A stretch of DNA of 64,000 bases, taken from the NCBI GenBank assembly GCA_949358305.1, contig OX442314.1:1-64000 (forward strand), given 5' to 3'. Below the pieces are notes generated by a model. It did not search any database. It saw nothing but the letters and a program-made list of their open reading frames with translations, and had not been told where the DNA came from. Position 1 is the first letter of the stretch. Each line of letters opens with the position of its first letter. The translations under genes and the position numbers were made by a program. Positions 61,401 to 64,000 of this stretch are shown here, in pieces. The DNA comes from Strigamia acuminata. Its lineage: Eukaryota.

Positions 61401-64000
61401 ATTTTATGCAAAAAAATGCTGTATTTTATGCAAAAAAATGCTGTATTTTATGCAAAAAAATGCTGTATTTTATGCCAAAAAATACTGTTTTTGTGCATAA
61501 TAAGACTTTGTTTTTTGAAGAAATGTATTTTATACCAAAAAATGCTGTTTCGGTGCATTAAAAGTGTTTGTTTTTATGAGAAAAAATATTTTCTGACTTC
61601 AAAATGCTGTTTTGGCGGATAAAAAGCGTTTGTTTTATGAGAAAAAATATTTTAAGCTCTCAGTGCCCTCAGAGCCCTCAGAGCCCTCAGAGCCCTCAGA
61701 GCTCTCAGAGCCCTCAGAGCCCTCAGAGCCCTCAGAGCCCTCAGAGCCCTCAGAGCCCTCAGAGCCCTCAGAGCTTTCAGAGCCCTCAGAGCCCTCAGAG
61801 CTCTCAGAGCCCTCACACCTCTCAGAGCTTTCAGAGCCCTCAGAGCCCTCAGAGCCTTCAGAGCTCTCAGTGCCCTCAGAGCCCTCAGAGCCCTCAGAGC
61901 CCTCAGAGCCCTCAGAGCCCTCAGAGTCCTCAGAGCCCTCAGAGTCCTCAGACTCAGAGCCCTCAGAGCCCTCAGAGCCCTCAGAGCCCTCAGAGCCCTC
62001 AGAGCCCTCAGAGCCCTCAGAGCCCTCAGAGCCCTCAGAGTCCTCAGAGCCCTCAGACTCAGAGTTCTCAGAGCCCTCAGTCTGCTCAGAGCTTTCAGAG
62101 CCCTCAAAGCCTTCAGAGCCCTCAGACTCAGAGCCCTCAGAGCCCTCAGAGCTTTCAGACTCAGAGCCCTCAGACTCAGAGCCCTCAGACTCAGAGCCCT
62201 CAGACTCAGAGCCCTCAGACTCAGAGCCCTCAGACTCAGAGCCCTCAGACTCAGAGCCCTCAGACTCAGAGCCCTCAGACTCAGAGCCCTCAGACTCAGA
62301 GCCCTCAGACTCAGAGCCCTCAGACTCAGAGCCCTCAGAAGTCTCAGAGCCCTCAGAAGTCTCAGAGCCCTCAGAGCCCTCAGAGCCCTCATAGCCTCAA
62401 AAAACGCTGTATTTTATGCCAAAAAATGCTGTATTTTATGCCAAAAAATGCTGTATTTTATGCCAAAAAATGCTGTATTTTATGCCAAAAAATGCTGTAT
62501 TTTATGCCAAAAAATGCTGTATTTTATGCCAAAAAATGCTGTATTTTATGCCAAAAAATGCTGTATTTTATGCCAAAAAATGCTGTATTTTATGCTAAAA
62601 AATGCTGTATTTTATGCCAAAAAATGCTGTATTTTATGCCAAAAAATGCTGTATTTTATGCCAAAAAATGCTGTATTTTATGCAAAAAAATGCTGTATTT
62701 TATGCCAAAAAATACTGTTTTTGTGCATAATAAGACTTTGTTTTTTGAAGAAATGTATTTTATACCAAAAAATGCTGTTTCGGTGCATTAAAAGCGTTTG
62801 TTTTTATGAGAAAAAATATTTTATGCCAAAAAATACTGTTTTTGTGCATAATAAGACTTTGTTTTTTGAAGAAATGTATTTTATACCAAAAAATGCTGTT
62901 TTGGCGGATAAAAAGCGTTTGTTTTAATGAGAGAAAATATTTTATGCCTCCAGAATGCTATTTTGATGAATAAAAAAAGTTTGTTTTTGCGAATAAATGT
63001 ATTTTATGTCAAAAAATGCTGTTTTTGCACATAAAAAGACTTTGTTTTTTGAAGAAATGTATTTTATACCAAAAAATGCTGTTTCGGTGCATTAAAAGCG
63101 TTTGTTTTTATGAGAAAAATTATTTTCTGCCTTCAAAATGCTGTTTTGGCGGATAAAAAGCGTTTGTTTTATGAGAAAAAATATTTTAAGCTCTCAGTGC
63201 CCTTAGAGCCCTCAGAGCCCTCAGAGCCCTTAGAGCTCTCAGAGCCCTCAGAGCCCTCAGAACCCTCAGAGCCCTCAGAGCCCTCAGAGCCCTTAGAGCC
63301 CTCAGAGCCCTCAGAGCCCTCAGAGCCCTCAGAGCTTTCAGAGCCCTCAGAGCCCTCAGAGCTCTCAGAGCCCTCAGACTCAGAGTCCTCAGAGCCCTCA
63401 GTCCGCTCAGAGCTTTCAGAGCCCTCAAAGCCCTCAGAGCCCTCAGACTCAGAGCCCTCAGAGCCCTCAGAGCTTTCAGACTCAGAGCCCTCAGACTCAG
63501 AGCCCTCAGACTCAGAGCCCTCAGACTCAGAGCCCTCAGACTCAGAGCCCTCAGACTCAGAGCCCTCAGACTCAGAGCCCTCAGAAGTCTCAGAGCCCTC
63601 AGAAGTCTCACAGAGCCCTCAGAGCCCTCAGAGCCCTCAGAGTCTCAAAAAACGCTGTATTTTATGCCAAAAAATGCTGTATTTTATGCCAAAAAATGCT
63701 GTATTTTATGCCAAAAAATGCTGTATTTTATGCCAAAAAATGCTGTATTTTATGCCAAAAAATGCTGTATTTTATGCCAAAAAATGCTGTATTTTATGTC
63801 AAAAAATACTGTTTTTGTGCATAATAAGACTTGTTTTTTGAAGAAATGTATTTTATACAAAAAAATGCTGTTTCGGTGCATTAAAAGCGTTTGTTTTTAT
63901 GAGAAAAAATATTTTCTGCCTTCAAAATGCTGTTTTGGCGGACAAAAAGCGTTTGTTTTAATGAGAGAAAATATTTTATGCCTCCAGAATGCTATTTTGA
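25405..64000. repeat. Composite subtelomeric satellite of about 35 modules, mostly ~0.8-1.6 kb: [(TCAGAGCCC)n with 15- and 18-bp variants] + [(AAAAAATGCTGTATTTTATGCC)n] + [diverged ~61-bp units]
   Basis: Periodicities of 9, 15, 18, 22, ~61 and 245 bp are directly visible. Identical ORF translations recur at offsets of ~5194-5234 and 3315 bp. The array runs to the window edge. Confidence 0.98.

Noticed and set aside
25373..63841. Dozens of long ORFs (SEP/QSP/RAL repeats; MPKNAVFYAKKCCILCQKMLYF repeats) as a mucin-like or repetitive protein gene
   Set aside because: The 9-mer and 22-mer lack stops in several frames, so ORFs overlap in all frames. Variant units introduce stops (tcaTAG, ctTAGag, ctTAAag), and frameshifts occur (~60058, ~63609, 21-bp units). 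Most 9-mer block indels are multiples of 3, but that follows from the unit lengths.

Overview
Eukaryotic chromosome end, most likely an arthropod given the (CCTAA/TTAGG)n telomere. Bases 1-7850 are an apparently uninterrupted telomeric array. Bases 7851-25400 are a unique subtelomeric block carrying compact intron-containing genes on the + strand: an acidic/Pro-rich orphan, a tyrosine recombinase (YR) with recognisable catalytic residues and a spliced C-terminal Myb/SANT-like helical domain, and a second gene encoding a stand-alone paralog of that domain. The YR and paralog genes share a spaced upstream CCAAT motif. A MITE-like element holding a gag-only Mag/Gypsy LTR element sits in a predicted 5' intron of the YR gene. 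Further in are a 121-bp tandem array, a chain of minus-strand small exons pointing toward the telomere, an Ephrin_rec_like pseudo-exon, a G4-prone tract and CCAAT-rich palindromes. Bases ~25400-64000 are a composite hierarchical satellite (9-mer, 22-mer and 61-mer blocks in about 35 modules, with ~5.2-kb and 3.3-kb higher-order repeats); its many ORFs look like repeat artefacts. Lead hypothesis (inference): a telomere-adjacent YR-mobilised DNA element whose Myb-like domains may recognise telomeric or element repeats. All calls were made by eye; no database searches were run.
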